Made by a program: the position numbers and the translations under genes
Origin: an uncultured virus (IMG/VR IMGVR_UViG_3300034158_000001)
Lineage: Duplodnaviria > Heunggongvirae > Uroviricota > Caudoviricetes
Strand: one strand, 5' to 3'
Virus record (IMG/VR): IMGVR_UViG_3300034158_000001
Length of the DNA stretch: 64,000 nt
The notes under the pieces: generated by a model
The model's database searches: none
Seen by the model: only the letters and a program-made list of their open reading frames with translations
What the model was told of the DNA's origin: nothing
Shown: piece by piece, positions 33,614 to 44,263 of the stretch
Numbering within the stretch: position 1 is the stretch's first letter
How the letters are laid out: every line of letters starts with the position of its first letter

Positions 33614-35968
33614 ATGCTACAAGAGGAAATTGCTCGCCTAACGGGTAAACTTGTATTCCAAGTTGACAACCGTCCACTGGCTACCTTTGAAAAGAAACTC
33701 AGCGGCGTAATGAGCATGCTGAAAGAGTTCCAAGGTATCGCCAACAAGAAATTTACAGTTAAGGTTGCTCTTGATAGCAGATCACTTCGCAGCCAGATTG
33801 AGAAAGCGACTAAGACAAAGATCAGTCTTAGCAATGTTGATATTTCTCAAGAGGCTTTGCATACCCAAAGTAAGAGAATTCAAGAGTACCTTAACAGAAC
33901 TACAATCAACCTTAACAATGTAAGGATTGATATTAGCAAGCTGGTTGAACAGAAGAGGTTTGTAAAAACACTTCTTGGTCAGATGACTATCGACGTTCCT
34001 GCTAAGATCGGTCTTACACAGATGGAAGCTGAACTCAAAAGAGACTTGAAAACAATCTCTGAGAGAAACCCGCTAAAAATCAAAGTTGACCTGAACAACA
34101 ACAATCTTGCAATCAAACTACGCCGTGCAATGATTGAAGCACAGAAGCGTATGGGCGAGTTGAAGATTCGTGTTGCTAACCCACAGGTACAGTTGAAGAT
34201 TGACAAACAACACCTTATCGAAGAGATTCGTGCAGCCTTAGCTAGCTCTGAGTTTAAGATTAGAGTTGGGGCGACAAGATCATCTTCTGACTATAATAGA
34301 AGAGATGGACAACGCCACTCTGGACGCAGCCCTATAGATCGTGGGCTAAGTTCTGCCATGGGGTTCGCAAGAGGAGCCCTACCGGGCCTTGGAGCAGCTT
34401 TCGCTTTCAGTAAGATGAACGACATAAACCAGAAGGTTACTGCTGCTACAAACAGCTTAGAGGCCGTCTCTGGAAGTGAAGCAAACTTCAAGTCTAACGA
34501 TAATTACCTGAAGAACCTGACAAGAGAGATGGGACTGAACTACAGAGATGTAGCCCCACAGTTCTCAAGTATCTACCAAGCTGCCTCTCCTAAAATTGGA
34601 GTAAAAGGCACTCAGGATATGTTCCGTGGTATTATGCAGTATGGTACTGTTCACGGGCTCAGCAAAGAGTCTATGAAGGGTAGCATGGTGGCGTTAAGCC
34701 AAATGTTTGGTAAGGGTAAGATTCAGTCAGAAGAAGCTCGTCAACAGTTCTCTGAAAGAATGCCTAATGGTATGGCAATGTTGGCTCAGGCCGCGTTCGA
34801 TACAAAACAGATTAAAACAAACTCTGTCGCTGCGTTTGGCGATCTTATGCAGAAAGGTACGGCTGATCCTAACATAATCCTCCCACAACTCGCAAAGAAC
34901 ATGAAGATTGCTTCTGAGGCAAATGATGCCTATAAGAAGTCTCTTGATACGACACGAGTTGCACAGGGCAGAATGAACACAGAGTTTGAAGCCTCTGTAG
35001 TACTCTTCGCCAAAGGCGGGTTTGACAAAGGCATGGGCCACTTCTTCAATACACTGGGGGAAAGCATGAGAGATGCTGCCCCACTTATTGAAGCTCTTGG
35101 TGGTGCCTTTGAGATACTGATCATGCCGATCAACTCTGTGATCAAACTCATTGGTGCTTTAGGTGCGGCCTGGCCTGATATCGCAGCTACCTTTGGACTC
35201 ACAAGCAAGGAGCTTGCTACTCTTGCCATTGGTATTGGAGTGTTCATGCTTCCATTTGGTGGTTTGATCGTATCACTAGGTCTTGCTGCAATTGCATTTG
35301 ATGATCTTGTCACTTACATGAGAGGCGGGGATTCTGTATTCGGTGATTGGGTTAAGAACACCAAAGGTGCACAGGATGCGATTGACTCTATCAACCAGTC
35401 GATGGACGGACTAAAACAGGCTTGGTCTGATCTTAAAGAGACGTTCAAAGACAGTGGAAACCCTTTCAAAGATTGGAGTATCGACTCCGTTCTTATTGAT
35501 AACCTTAAGTATATCAGTACACTTATTAATAGCCTTTCTGCAACCATCAGAGCCTTCGCTTTAATTAAAGAGGGTAGGTATGCTGATGCTGCTAAGAGTG
35601 TTGGTGGTGGACTGGCTGATGTAGTTACAAATAACCCTGGAGTAAACTTATACAAAAAGATTCCTGAGTTTTACTCTGGAGTGGTAGGGGATGTTGCAGG
35701 CGCTGGTAAAGACTGGCTTCAAAACTACAGGTCTGGTCATGAGGGTATGCCCACTCCTGGCACATCTATGATGCCTATGCAGGGCCAAGAGGCTGGACAG
35801 ACTCAACAGACTATCAACCTTGGAGGCTTGACCATCAATGCTCAAACATCAGATGGCACTGACCCAAGAGCTGCTGCTGAGAAACTTGCACCACACATCC
35901 AAGAACTTACACGCTCTGCTCTTCGTGATGCACTTGGAGCTGTAAGAGCACAACAAGCTGAGAGGTAA
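33614..35968 (+). CDS. Tape measure protein
   Basis: 784 aa helical; ALSQMFGKGKIQSEE tape-measure domain; TM segments. Confidence 0.9.
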   Translation: MLQEEIARLTGKLVFQVDNRPLATFEKKLSGVMSMLKEFQGIANKKFTVKVALDSRSLRSQIEKATKTKISLSNVDISQEALHTQSKRIQEYLNRTTINLNNVRIDISKLVEQKRFVKTLLGQMTIDVPAKIGLTQMEAELKRDLKTISERNPLKIKVDLNNNNLAIKLRRAMIEAQKRMGELKIRVANPQVQLKIDKQHLIEEIRAALASSEFKIRVGATRSSSDYNRRDGQRHSGRSPIDRGLSSAMGFARGALPGLGAAFAFSKMNDINQKVTAATNSLEAVSGSEANFKSNDNYLKNLTREMGLNYRDVAPQFSSIYQAASPKIGVKGTQDMFRGIMQYGTVHGLSKESMKGSMVALSQMFGKGKIQSEEARQQFSERMPNGMAMLAQAAFDTKQIKTNSVAAFGDLMQKGTADPNIILPQLAKNMKIASEANDAYKKSLDTTRVAQGRMNTEFEASVVLFAKGGFDKGMGHFFNTLGESMRDAAPLIEALGGAFEILIMPINSVIKLIGALGAAWPDIAATFGLTSKELATLAIGIGVFMLPFGGLIVSLGLAAIAFDDLVTYMRGGDSVFGDWVKNTKGAQDAIDSINQSMDGLKQAWSDLKETFKDSGNPFKDWSIDSVLIDNLKYISTLINSLSATIRAFALIKEGRYADAAKSVGGGLADVVTNNPGVNLYKKIPEFYSGVVGDVAGAGKDWLQNYRSGHEGMPTPGTSMMPMQGQEAGQTQQTINLGGLTINAQTSDGTDPRAAAEKLAPHIQELTRSALRDALGAVRAQQAER

Positions 35969-35970
35969 TA

Positions 35971-36723
35971 ATGGCTATCGTACTCCGTAGAGCGAACGGT
36001 GACATTATCTGGTTTGACGCGATCACAGAGTACAATACAACGTACTCTGCCTCTGTAACTAAACATCCCGTCGCTACAGGCGGGTATGTTGCAGACCACG
36101 TAACAACAGATAACGTTGTCCTTCAGATTAGTGGCATCTTCTCCGACGCTGACTTCAACCTATCAAGGCAACTTGTAGAGGTTAGGAGTGCAGATGGTAC
36201 GGCGTTGACGCCAAACAAACAGTTTCAGAATAACACTCAAACTGTGTACCCAGTTACAATCACAGACACAGGTAGTATCAACAAGTACCTGCCTGAAGTC
36301 ATTGCACAGTTCACAAAAGACAGTATCCCTACTGCGTATGTAACCCCGCAAGATAAGGCTAAAGCAGCCTTGGTTGTTAAATCTGATCTTATCAAGATGT
36401 GGAAAGATCGTGAGGAGTTTCAAGTTCTCGATATTTCTGGTAACAACGTAGCAGAAGAATTCAGCCCTTGTGTGTTTACTAACGTATCATTCAGAGAGGA
36501 CGAATCAACTGGAGAGGGTGTCTTCCCTGTAATGACTATCGAACAAGTAGTGTTTACAGATGTTAAAGAGATTAGCGTAAAGATTAAAACTTCGAACAAA
36601 GGTAGAAAGTCTGGAACAGCCACAACAAAGCCTGTTGAAGTTCCACCAGACAACGAAGTAAAGTCTTTTACAAAACTGTCAGCAAGTGAGCTTAAGAGCA
36701 CCACGACAACAGGAGGTCAATAA
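35971..36723 (+). CDS. Baseplate / tube initiator protein
   Basis: TKHPV..G..VADH motif after the tape measure gene. Confidence 0.7.
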   Translation: MAIVLRRANGDIIWFDAITEYNTTYSASVTKHPVATGGYVADHVTTDNVVLQISGIFSDADFNLSRQLVEVRSADGTALTPNKQFQNNTQTVYPVTITDTGSINKYLPEVIAQFTKDSIPTAYVTPQDKAKAALVVKSDLIKMWKDREEFQVLDISGNNVAEEFSPCVFTNVSFREDESTGEGVFPVMTIEQVVFTDVKEISVKIKTSNKGRKSGTATTKPVEVPPDNEVKSFTKLSASELKSTTTTGGQ

Positions 36724-37064
36724 TGGCGGCTACAATCAACATTGAAATGCCCCTATACTCTGACCTGAAGTATCGTTATGGTATTGCATTAGAAGGAGTC
36801 TCTTGGCAGTTTACATTCTACTGGAATGATCGCTGCTCTCAGTGGCAGTTCGATTTGAGACAAGAAGACCAGACCCCAATTCTCCTTGGCTACGCTTTAG
36901 TGCCCCAGTATCCTATGTGCGTAGACTACAACCTAGAAGACTACGGGCTAACAGGGTATTTTGTCTTACTACCAATTAACGCAACAATCTCAAGTAAAAT
37001 AACAGAAGGCTCCAGCATTATGCCTGAGTTCTTCTCACTTTTCTATGTATACAACACGGAGTAA
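36723..37064 (+). CDS. Baseplate protein
   Basis: WN.R..W motif; position. Confidence 0.65.
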   Translation: MAATINIEMPLYSDLKYRYGIALEGVSWQFTFYWNDRCSQWQFDLRQEDQTPILLGYALVPQYPMCVDYNLEDYGLTGYFVLLPINATISSKITEGSSIMPEFFSLFYVYNTE

Positions 37065-37069
37065 TATTT

Positions 37070-37993
37070 ATGGCTCAGAAGGATAGAGTATTCTCCCTAA
37101 AGATTGGAGACTACAAAACAGGTAATGGGATTCTTATCGAGAACCCAAAAATCAACAGTGACGGAACCTCTAGTAACAACCCTTGGGAAATTACATTCGA
37201 TGTTTCGAAGAGTTCAGACAACAAGAGAAACAATGGAAACTCTACAACAGTCGAAATCTACAACCTATCCGATGACCAAATTAAACTCCTTGAGAGTGAT
37301 TACCTTGAGTTGGAATTCTCTGTCGGTTATAAGTCAACCGGCTCGCATGTACTTGCTATTGGAAACGTGACGGAGTTTTCCACTGTTAAGAGTGGGAATG
37401 ATTATGTCACCCAGCTTAGAATTGGTGAAGGCTATACTGCACTTAACCACCAGACTCTTGCGTCTGTAGTGAGCCCTGGAAAGAAGGTGTCTGATGTTCT
37501 TGAAGAGATTCGACAGCAGATGCCAGGTGTTGCCAGAGGAGCCTATACAGGCACAAACTTGAACAACCCTATTGTGTTTGGCTGGAGACTTAAGGGCAGT
37601 CCACGTGAAATGCTTATGAAGCTCTGTGAGGCGAATAACCTTGAGTACAATATAAACTCTGGTGTGCTCAACGTCTCAGAAGAGAACGGTTTACTGTCAA
37701 AGGATAGGACGCTCGCCCCAGTGCTCAGCCCCTCTACTGGCTTGATTGACCTCCCGTTCCAAACAACTGACACAGGAAGAAAGCCAAAGGGAGATAAGAG
37801 ACGTAGAAGAGGTGTTCAATTCAAAGCCCTACTCAACACAGACATTGTGCCAGGAAAGATTGTTAAGCTTGAATCAAAGTGGATTACAGGCTTCTACAGA
37901 GTAAACACTGCAAGATTCTCTGGCGATACTCGCGGGAACCCCTGGTATGTTGAGTGCTTCTGTTCTGAGATTGCAGCGGAGGAACTTGTATGA
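37070..37993 (+). CDS. Baseplate hub protein
   Basis: VEIYNLS, TGLI..P and GDTRG..W motifs. Confidence 0.75.
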   Translation: MAQKDRVFSLKIGDYKTGNGILIENPKINSDGTSSNNPWEITFDVSKSSDNKRNNGNSTTVEIYNLSDDQIKLLESDYLELEFSVGYKSTGSHVLAIGNVTEFSTVKSGNDYVTQLRIGEGYTALNHQTLASVVSPGKKVSDVLEEIRQQMPGVARGAYTGTNLNNPIVFGWRLKGSPREMLMKLCEANNLEYNINSGVLNVSEENGLLSKDRTLAPVLSPSTGLIDLPFQTTDTGRKPKGDKRRRRGVQFKALLNTDIVPGKIVKLESKWITGFYRVNTARFSGDTRGNPWYVECFCSEIAAEELV

Positions 37994-38754
37994 TTTTTGA
38001 GGATTTCACTGATATTGTTAGAACACAGTTCAGGATTGACATGGCTGAGGTGCACACAGCCTTGCCATGTAAAGTTGTTAACGTTTACAACGACAATATG
38101 CAACAGAAGGTTGATGTAATCCCATCTGTTAACCGTCTCCTTAAATCTGGAGAAGGCGACCCAGCAATGCAGATTCTTGGCGTTCCAGTTATCTTTCCGG
38201 GTAGCTCTGCTTCTTTGATCAGCTTCCCGATCAATGTTGGAGATACTGTCTTGTGTATCTTTGCTCAATCTTCTACTGACAACTTTAAGATTGGTAATGG
38301 TGAACCAACAACTGCCAACGATATGAGAATGTTCAGCGACCAAGATGCTGTAGCCATTCCTGGGCTGTTCCCTTTTGGTAAGAGCTTAAACAACCCTGCC
38401 GTCCGTAAGTTTCCAATGACTGCAAACAGAGACTTGTGTATCGCACATAACATTGCTTCTGGTACAGAGGTTAATATCATCCTAAAACAGAACGGTGAGC
38501 TTGTGATTAACACAGCAGAGACAGTTACAGTAAATTGTAAGACTGGTGTGATGAACGCAACTGAGTCCTATACGATAAATACACCAACACTGAATATAAA
38601 CGCTGGTACAACAAACTGGACTGGCAACATTATCCACAGCGGAAATTATACAATGACCGGACAAGCTCGCTTCAATGGGCGTCTATTCGACACTCACACA
38701 CACGCTGGCGTTACTCCGGGTAGTGGTACTTCTGGCGCTGTCAACGGAGTTTAA
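37990..38754 (+). CDS. Baseplate central spike (gp138/gpV-like)
   Basis: HTALP, OB-fold region, beta-helix repeats, C-terminal HTH iron-binding motif (THTHAGV). Confidence 0.85.
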   Translation: MIFEDFTDIVRTQFRIDMAEVHTALPCKVVNVYNDNMQQKVDVIPSVNRLLKSGEGDPAMQILGVPVIFPGSSASLISFPINVGDTVLCIFAQSSTDNFKIGNGEPTTANDMRMFSDQDAVAIPGLFPFGKSLNNPAVRKFPMTANRDLCIAHNIASGTEVNIILKQNGELVINTAETVTVNCKTGVMNATESYTINTPTLNINAGTTNWTGNIIHSGNYTMTGQARFNGRLFDTHTHAGVTPGSGTSGAVNGV

Positions 38755-38755
38755 T

Positions 38756-39124
38756 ATGGACTTGCTTATCAACGCTACAACTGGCGACCTGTCTTTTACA
38801 AATGGCTCTTGCCCTGTAACACAACTTCAAGCAGACATTGTAGCCCAACGTCTGCGTATTGCGCTCTACACATTTTATGGTGAGTGGTTCTTGGACTCCA
38901 CAATTGGTGTCCCATACATTCAGCAAGTATTCTCTAAGGTTCGTAAGAAGAGTACTATCGACTTAATCTTCCAAGGAATTATTACTGCTGACGAAGGTGT
39001 TATAGAGCTTGTTACATTTATTTCTGAGATTGACACTTCACGTGGGTACGTCCTTACATTCTCTGTGAGAGTGGCCGACAACTCAACATCTCTACCAATC
39101 ACAATTTCTCTTGGAGGTAATTAA
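38756..39124 (+). CDS. Baseplate wedge (gp25/W-like)
   Basis: GEWFLD..G.PY motif. Confidence 0.75.
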   Translation: MDLLINATTGDLSFTNGSCPVTQLQADIVAQRLRIALYTFYGEWFLDSTIGVPYIQQVFSKVRKKSTIDLIFQGIITADEGVIELVTFISEIDTSRGYVLTFSVRVADNSTSLPITISLGGN

Positions 39125-40581
39125 TGGCCGGTGTATCTCGCCAAGGTCTTGAAATCAAAACACTAGATGATGTTTTGACAGACTATAAAACAAACGCTGC
39201 ATCCATCTTCTCAGACCTTGTTGCCGCAGGTGACGTTGTTGACACAGGCAGTGGAAGTGCACTTGGACGTATGATTGGGGTTATCGCCCCTGCTGAAGCA
39301 TCGCTGTGGGAGGCTCTACAACAAGTATTCAACAGTTTTAATCCAGCCACTGCTATCGGCGTGTCTCTTGATAACATCGTAGCCCTGAGCGGTATCACAA
39401 GACTTCCGGCTCAATCGACAAGAGCACAAGTTTTACTTGAAGGTGATTTGAACATAATCATCAGCTCTCCACAAGGTAAGGCTTACAGCTCAAGCACACA
39501 ACGTGTATTCAGCCTCATGAGCCCAGTAACTCTTAATCTCAAGTCTGCATCAGGGATTGGTGTTTACCCTACGAGCATCGCTAATAGCACTGCATACAGG
39601 TTCAGCTACAGCACGGATGGAGTTAACTTTCTAGACGCAGTATACACATCACCATCATCTGGAACTACAGCTCAGGTCATTTTGGACGGTGTTCAACAAA
39701 AAGTTGAAGATTTGTTCGCAAGTACCTTTACAACTTACCAATCTAATGGTAGACTGTATATTGTTAGGACTGATCCGTTCCAAGTAGCAGATTTCACTAC
39801 AAGTGTTGGACTTTCTGTCCAGAAGGTTAGAAAGCTGGGTATTGCTGTAGACGATGTTGCGGGCGTGTATCCGCAGGAAGCCTTGTCCATCGATACAATC
39901 TCTGTACCAATCTCTGGTTGGGACTCTGTAATAAACCCTGTAGAAGCCACAACAGGCCGTCTTACAGAGACAGATGAAGAATTGCGTGAGAGGTTTAGAA
40001 ACAGTAAGTTCTTCCAGTCTCAGAACATCATTGAGTCTCTACTGGATGCCTTGAAGAACGTTTCCGGTGTATCTGATGTTGTTGTCTATGAAAATGACAC
40101 AGCCTTTGTTGACTCTCTTGGAGTGCCCGCCCACAGTTTCCTGCCAATCGTACTTGGTGGGCTTCCTTCTGAAATTGGTGCCGCTATCTGGGAAAATAAG
40201 CCAACAGGTATTCCTTCGGTAGGCGACACAACTGTACAGGTAGCAGACAGCCAGGGGCTTTTGCATAGTATCTCGTACAAACAACCAACTGAAGTTCAGG
40301 TCTATGTGACAATGAGTATCACCGACCAAGGCACAATGCCTGGTGATGCTGGTGCACAAATAAGACAAAAGCTCGCTGACTACTCTGATGCAAACTTGTT
40401 TATTGGTGATGATGTTATCTACTCTAGACTATACACTCCAATCAACAGCATCGCCGGTTTCGCAGTAAACTCTCTTACAATCGGAACAACTCCCAGCCCG
40501 ACAGGAATGTCAAACATTGTTGTAGACTTCGACCAAGTTGCAACAATTTCGGCTGAAAATATTACAGTAACAGTAGCATAA
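39124..40581 (+). CDS. Baseplate J-like protein
   Basis: A.GVSLD, ETDEELRER and VYENDT motifs. Confidence 0.85.
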   Translation: MAGVSRQGLEIKTLDDVLTDYKTNAASIFSDLVAAGDVVDTGSGSALGRMIGVIAPAEASLWEALQQVFNSFNPATAIGVSLDNIVALSGITRLPAQSTRAQVLLEGDLNIIISSPQGKAYSSSTQRVFSLMSPVTLNLKSASGIGVYPTSIANSTAYRFSYSTDGVNFLDAVYTSPSSGTTAQVILDGVQQKVEDLFASTFTTYQSNGRLYIVRTDPFQVADFTTSVGLSVQKVRKLGIAVDDVAGVYPQEALSIDTISVPISGWDSVINPVEATTGRLTETDEELRERFRNSKFFQSQNIIESLLDALKNVSGVSDVVVYENDTAFVDSLGVPAHSFLPIVLGGLPSEIGAAIWENKPTGIPSVGDTTVQVADSQGLLHSISYKQPTEVQVYVTMSITDQGTMPGDAGAQIRQKLADYSDANLFIGDDVIYSRLYTPINSIAGFAVNSLTIGTTPSPTGMSNIVVDFDQVATISAENITVTVA

Positions 40582-40592
40582 ACGGAGGATTT

Positions 40593-41327
40593 GTGTCTGA
40601 TCTAAATCCATTTGAAAGCGTAGAGTTCTTGAATGTGGCACGTTCTCGTGTCACTGAGCAGTTCAAGGATAAAAGAATCTACGACAAGTATTTACAGATG
40701 CTGCTTAGCGGTAAAGTTGAACTACAGAATGTCATAAAAGACACAATGCAACTACGTTCTATTGACACTGCTGTTGGAGTCCAGTTGGACGTTATTGGTG
40801 AGATTGTAGGCCGCTCTCGCGGCCTAGTAACATCTGAAATCTTCACCTACTTCGGGTTTGACGGAGCCCTGCAAGCTGACTCATTCTCTTCGACCACAGA
40901 CCCAACTGTTGGCGGTCAGTGGTACAGTTTAAATGCTCCAGTTGGAATTAGCCGTGAACCGTCAGACGACGAGTACAGACTAATTCTGAAGGCTAAGATT
41001 ATTAAGAACAGAACAATGGCAAGGCCGGAAGATGTTATTTCGGCCTATAAGTTTCTGTTCGGGGCATCACAAGTAACAATTGAAGAGATTTCACCTGCTG
41101 AAGTTCGTATCGGAATTGGTAAGATTCTGAACAACGTTGAACGTGGACTCCTATTTGATCTTGGTGGTGCAGGTCAATTACTACCAAAACCCGCTGGCGT
41201 TAGTTACTCTTACACAGAGTTCCAAGCAGGCAGGGTATTTGCTACAGATGGGTTTCCCGGTGCAAGGGGCACTGGTGATCTGAGTGATCCATCTGTTGGT
41301 GGATTCCTATCCAACCTAATTTCATAA
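40593..41327 (+). CDS. Baseplate protein (DUF2612-like)
   Basis: TAVGVQLDVIGEIVG, DDEYR and LPKPAGV motifs. Confidence 0.8.
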   Translation: MSDLNPFESVEFLNVARSRVTEQFKDKRIYDKYLQMLLSGKVELQNVIKDTMQLRSIDTAVGVQLDVIGEIVGRSRGLVTSEIFTYFGFDGALQADSFSSTTDPTVGGQWYSLNAPVGISREPSDDEYRLILKAKIIKNRTMARPEDVISAYKFLFGASQVTIEEISPAEVRIGIGKILNNVERGLLFDLGGAGQLLPKPAGVSYSYTEFQAGRVFATDGFPGARGTGDLSDPSVGGFLSNLIS

Positions 41328-41337
41328 AGGAACTAAA

Positions 41338-42894
41338 ATGGCTGACATTATTAAATATGACATGACAGATATTTGGGCCACAGCCGGTGACGTTGTAGCT
41401 CCAGACTCTGCAAAGATCAAAGCTGGCTGGGGAGTTGAAGTTGTCCCACGTCAGTGGTGGAACTGGTTTGAAAATAGACAAGACCAGAACATCGCGTATA
41501 TGCTTCAAAAAGGCTTCCCAGAGTGGGACGCAACAACTGAGTACATCATTAACAAGTCTTACGTCCAGCGTAATGGTGTTGTCTATAAAGCAACAGCGAC
41601 AAGTACAAACTCTGACCCAGTTCTTCTAACAAGCTGGGTAAAGGCGTTTGTTGACTCCACTCCGTACCTTGAAGCAATTAAGACCCTTGCAGTAACACCT
41701 AACACACAGTCCTACATTGACGGTGCTGGTGTTGCACAGAATGCAGCCTCCAGCAGCTTTGGACGCCAGATTGGTAACGTTGCTGATGCATCTGCTGCAA
41801 GGGCTTTGATTTCTGCTCAACTTGCCAACGCAAACTTGACAGGCTTGTCTGGTGTTTCTGGTTCTTCCAACAACTTGCCATACTTTGTTGGTGCTGGTGC
41901 GATGGCTGTTACAACCTTCACTGGTTTTGCGCGTACCCTGCTAGATGACGCTGACGCTGCTGCTATGCGTGCCACACTTGGAGTTGATAGTGCTGTTGAT
42001 GTATCTGCCGCCTTGTCTGCTGGTCTTGCTACAAAGCAACCACTTGACGCAACCCTGACAGCTCTTGCTGGAACAACTACAGCTAACAACACACTTTCTT
42101 ACTGGACTGGTGTAGATACAACAACTACAACACCTCTTACATCGTTCGCTCGTACTCTTCTTGATGACAGTGACGCTGCTACAGCAAGAACCACTCTTAG
42201 TGTGTACAGTACAACAGAAAGTGATACAAACCTAACAAACGGTTTGGCTACCAAGCAACCTCTGAATACGTTGCTCACAAGTATTTCTACACTTAACCCA
42301 GCAGCCAACCAGATGATCTACTACACAGCAACCAACACAGGCGCTACAACAGCCCTGACAGCGTTTGCCCGTAGTATGCTTGATGACCCTGATGCTGCCA
42401 CAGTTCGTGCAACAATCGGCTCTAACGATGCTGCAAACTTGACAACTGGTACATTGCCTCTTGCACGCCTACCCTCCACATTGACTGGTATCAACGCTGC
42501 TACAGCGACAGCTCTTCAAACTCCACGCACAATTCAAGGTGTAGCATTTGACGGAACTGCAAACATTACCCTGTCTGTGGTTGATAAAGATTCTTCGGTT
42601 GGTGCTGCTGCTATCCCTGCTGGTACAACTGCCCAAAGACCATCTAACGGTGCGGGTAAGTTCAGGTTCAACACAGATACAAGTCGTGCTGAAATCAACA
42701 ATGGAACAGCATGGGGTTCTCTAGGTGGTGCGTCTGGTGGTGGTAACGATTCGGTCTTCTATTTGAATGATCAGAACGTAACAGCAAACTTCACAGTTCC
42801 AGTAGGACAGAATGCAATGTCTGCTGGTCCGATCACAATCGCAAACGGTGTTACAGTAACTGTTTCTAACGGTTCTGTTTGGACAATCGTTTAA
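41338..42894 (+). CDS. Tail fibre protein 1
   Basis: Baseplate-binding N-terminus (WA..G..P..K..GW..NW..NRQD), repeated FARTLLDD.DA shaft units. Confidence 0.85.
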   Translation: MADIIKYDMTDIWATAGDVVAPDSAKIKAGWGVEVVPRQWWNWFENRQDQNIAYMLQKGFPEWDATTEYIINKSYVQRNGVVYKATATSTNSDPVLLTSWVKAFVDSTPYLEAIKTLAVTPNTQSYIDGAGVAQNAASSSFGRQIGNVADASAARALISAQLANANLTGLSGVSGSSNNLPYFVGAGAMAVTTFTGFARTLLDDADAAAMRATLGVDSAVDVSAALSAGLATKQPLDATLTALAGTTTANNTLSYWTGVDTTTTTPLTSFARTLLDDSDAATARTTLSVYSTTESDTNLTNGLATKQPLNTLLTSISTLNPAANQMIYYTATNTGATTALTAFARSMLDDPDAATVRATIGSNDAANLTTGTLPLARLPSTLTGINAATATALQTPRTIQGVAFDGTANITLSVVDKDSSVGAAAIPAGTTAQRPSNGAGKFRFNTDTSRAEINNGTAWGSLGGASGGGNDSVFYLNDQNVTANFTVPVGQNAMSAGPITIANGVTVTVSNGSVWTIV

Positions 42895-42904
42895 GGAGAT
42901 TTAA

Positions 42905-43495
42905 ATGACACAAATCATCAACGGGAACGGCCCACAGATTTTTACTGCTGGTAGTTCTCTTGTCTCTGCTCCTGCTCAAACAGCTAATGGACTGGAGCTT
43001 GCAACAATGAGTAACGTGAAAGCTCAAGCACAGTCTCAACTTGTGCTAAGCAGTGTTCAGCCCAGCACGTCTGGAACGTTCATCGACTTCACGGCCATTC
43101 CAGCAGGCGTAAAGAGAATCACCTTGGTACTGAACTTGGTGAGTACGAACAGCACATCCCACTTCTTGGCACAACTCGGCTCTGGGTCTGTAGAGACTTC
43201 TGGATACGTTGGTCAAGCCAACTCTGGTGGTGCACTCGGAACAAACTCCACAGCAGGTTTCCTAGTAAGCACCAACCAAGCAGCAGCAGCCTCTTACACT
43301 GGACTGGTGACATTTGTCAACATCTCTGGAAACACTTGGGTTGAAGCTGGTTATGTTGGTGCCTCCACTCTGATTGGGACAACTTCTTCTGGAAGTAAAA
43401 CTCTATCAGGCACTCTAGACAGAGTGAGACTGACAACTGTTATCGGTACAGACGTGTTCGATGCTGGTTCCGTAAACATTCTAATGGAGTTTTAA
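42905..43495 (+). CDS. Tail fibre-associated / receptor-binding module
   Basis: S/T/G-rich beta protein; SGTFIDFTAIPAGVKRIT...TLDRVRLTT. Confidence 0.65.
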   Translation: MTQIINGNGPQIFTAGSSLVSAPAQTANGLELATMSNVKAQAQSQLVLSSVQPSTSGTFIDFTAIPAGVKRITLVLNLVSTNSTSHFLAQLGSGSVETSGYVGQANSGGALGTNSTAGFLVSTNQAAAASYTGLVTFVNISGNTWVEAGYVGASTLIGTTSSGSKTLSGTLDRVRLTTVIGTDVFDAGSVNILMEF

Positions 43496-43496
43496 T

Positions 43497-43958
43497 ATGA
43501 GCGTAGTCACAAATAACGTACAACTTGGGTCGTCTGTAACGGCGACTCAAAACTTTACAATCACAGCAGAAGCTGCTGATGGGACAATGAAGCTAGCCCG
43601 TGGAAACGCGGGCGCTACAACACAAGACATCTTCACAGTTGATGCTTCTGGGAACGTTACATTTATTGGAAACGTTACAGGTGCTGGGCTTGGCAGTGGA
43701 CAGACTTGGCAGGATGTAACAGTCAGTAGAGCTATCGGAACAACCTACACTAACAGCACTGGCAAGCCTATTCTTGTTTCTGTTAACGGTGTGAGTGGTG
43801 CCACAGCTACCTTGACTGTGGCTGGCGTTCAAGTCGCAAGATGCTCTCAGAGCACAGGGGGACTAGGTTGGCAACTGTCGGCGGTCGTGCCAGCTGATGC
43901 AACTTATGTCTATAACACTTCAGCAGGTAACCTTGCTAACTGGGCGGAGCTTAGATAA
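43497..43958 (+). CDS. Tail fibre tip module
   Basis: GQTWQDV..R..GTTYTNSTGKPI...WAELR C-terminal domain. Confidence 0.7.
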   Translation: MSVVTNNVQLGSSVTATQNFTITAEAADGTMKLARGNAGATTQDIFTVDASGNVTFIGNVTGAGLGSGQTWQDVTVSRAIGTTYTNSTGKPILVSVNGVSGATATLTVAGVQVARCSQSTGGLGWQLSAVVPADATYVYNTSAGNLANWAELR

Positions 43959-44260
43959 TGAAACACTACATTGATAGAAAAACAAATGAAATTTTTGCGT
44001 ATGAACTAGATGGCTCTCAAGACTCTTACATCGCAAGTCACCTTGAGTTGATGTCTGAAGAAGAGTTTAATTCGTACAAAGAGTCTCAGAAACCCACAAC
44101 ACAACAACTCAACGAGTTGGCTGACTTCCAACGTCAACTCGCTTACGCAGCAGAAGCTGATCCACTGTTCTTTAAATGGCAACGCAAGGAAGCCACAAAG
44201 AGAGATTGGATAGACAAGATTGCTGAAATCAAATCACGATTCCCTAAAACGGAGGAATAA
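43958..44260 (+). CDS. Tail fibre assembly chaperone
   Basis: EIFAYE.DGSQD and AY..EADPLFF...W...IK.RFP motifs. Confidence 0.7.
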   Translation: MKHYIDRKTNEIFAYELDGSQDSYIASHLELMSEEEFNSYKESQKPTTQQLNELADFQRQLAYAAEADPLFFKWQRKEATKRDWIDKIAEIKSRFPKTEE

Positions 44261-44263
44261 TAT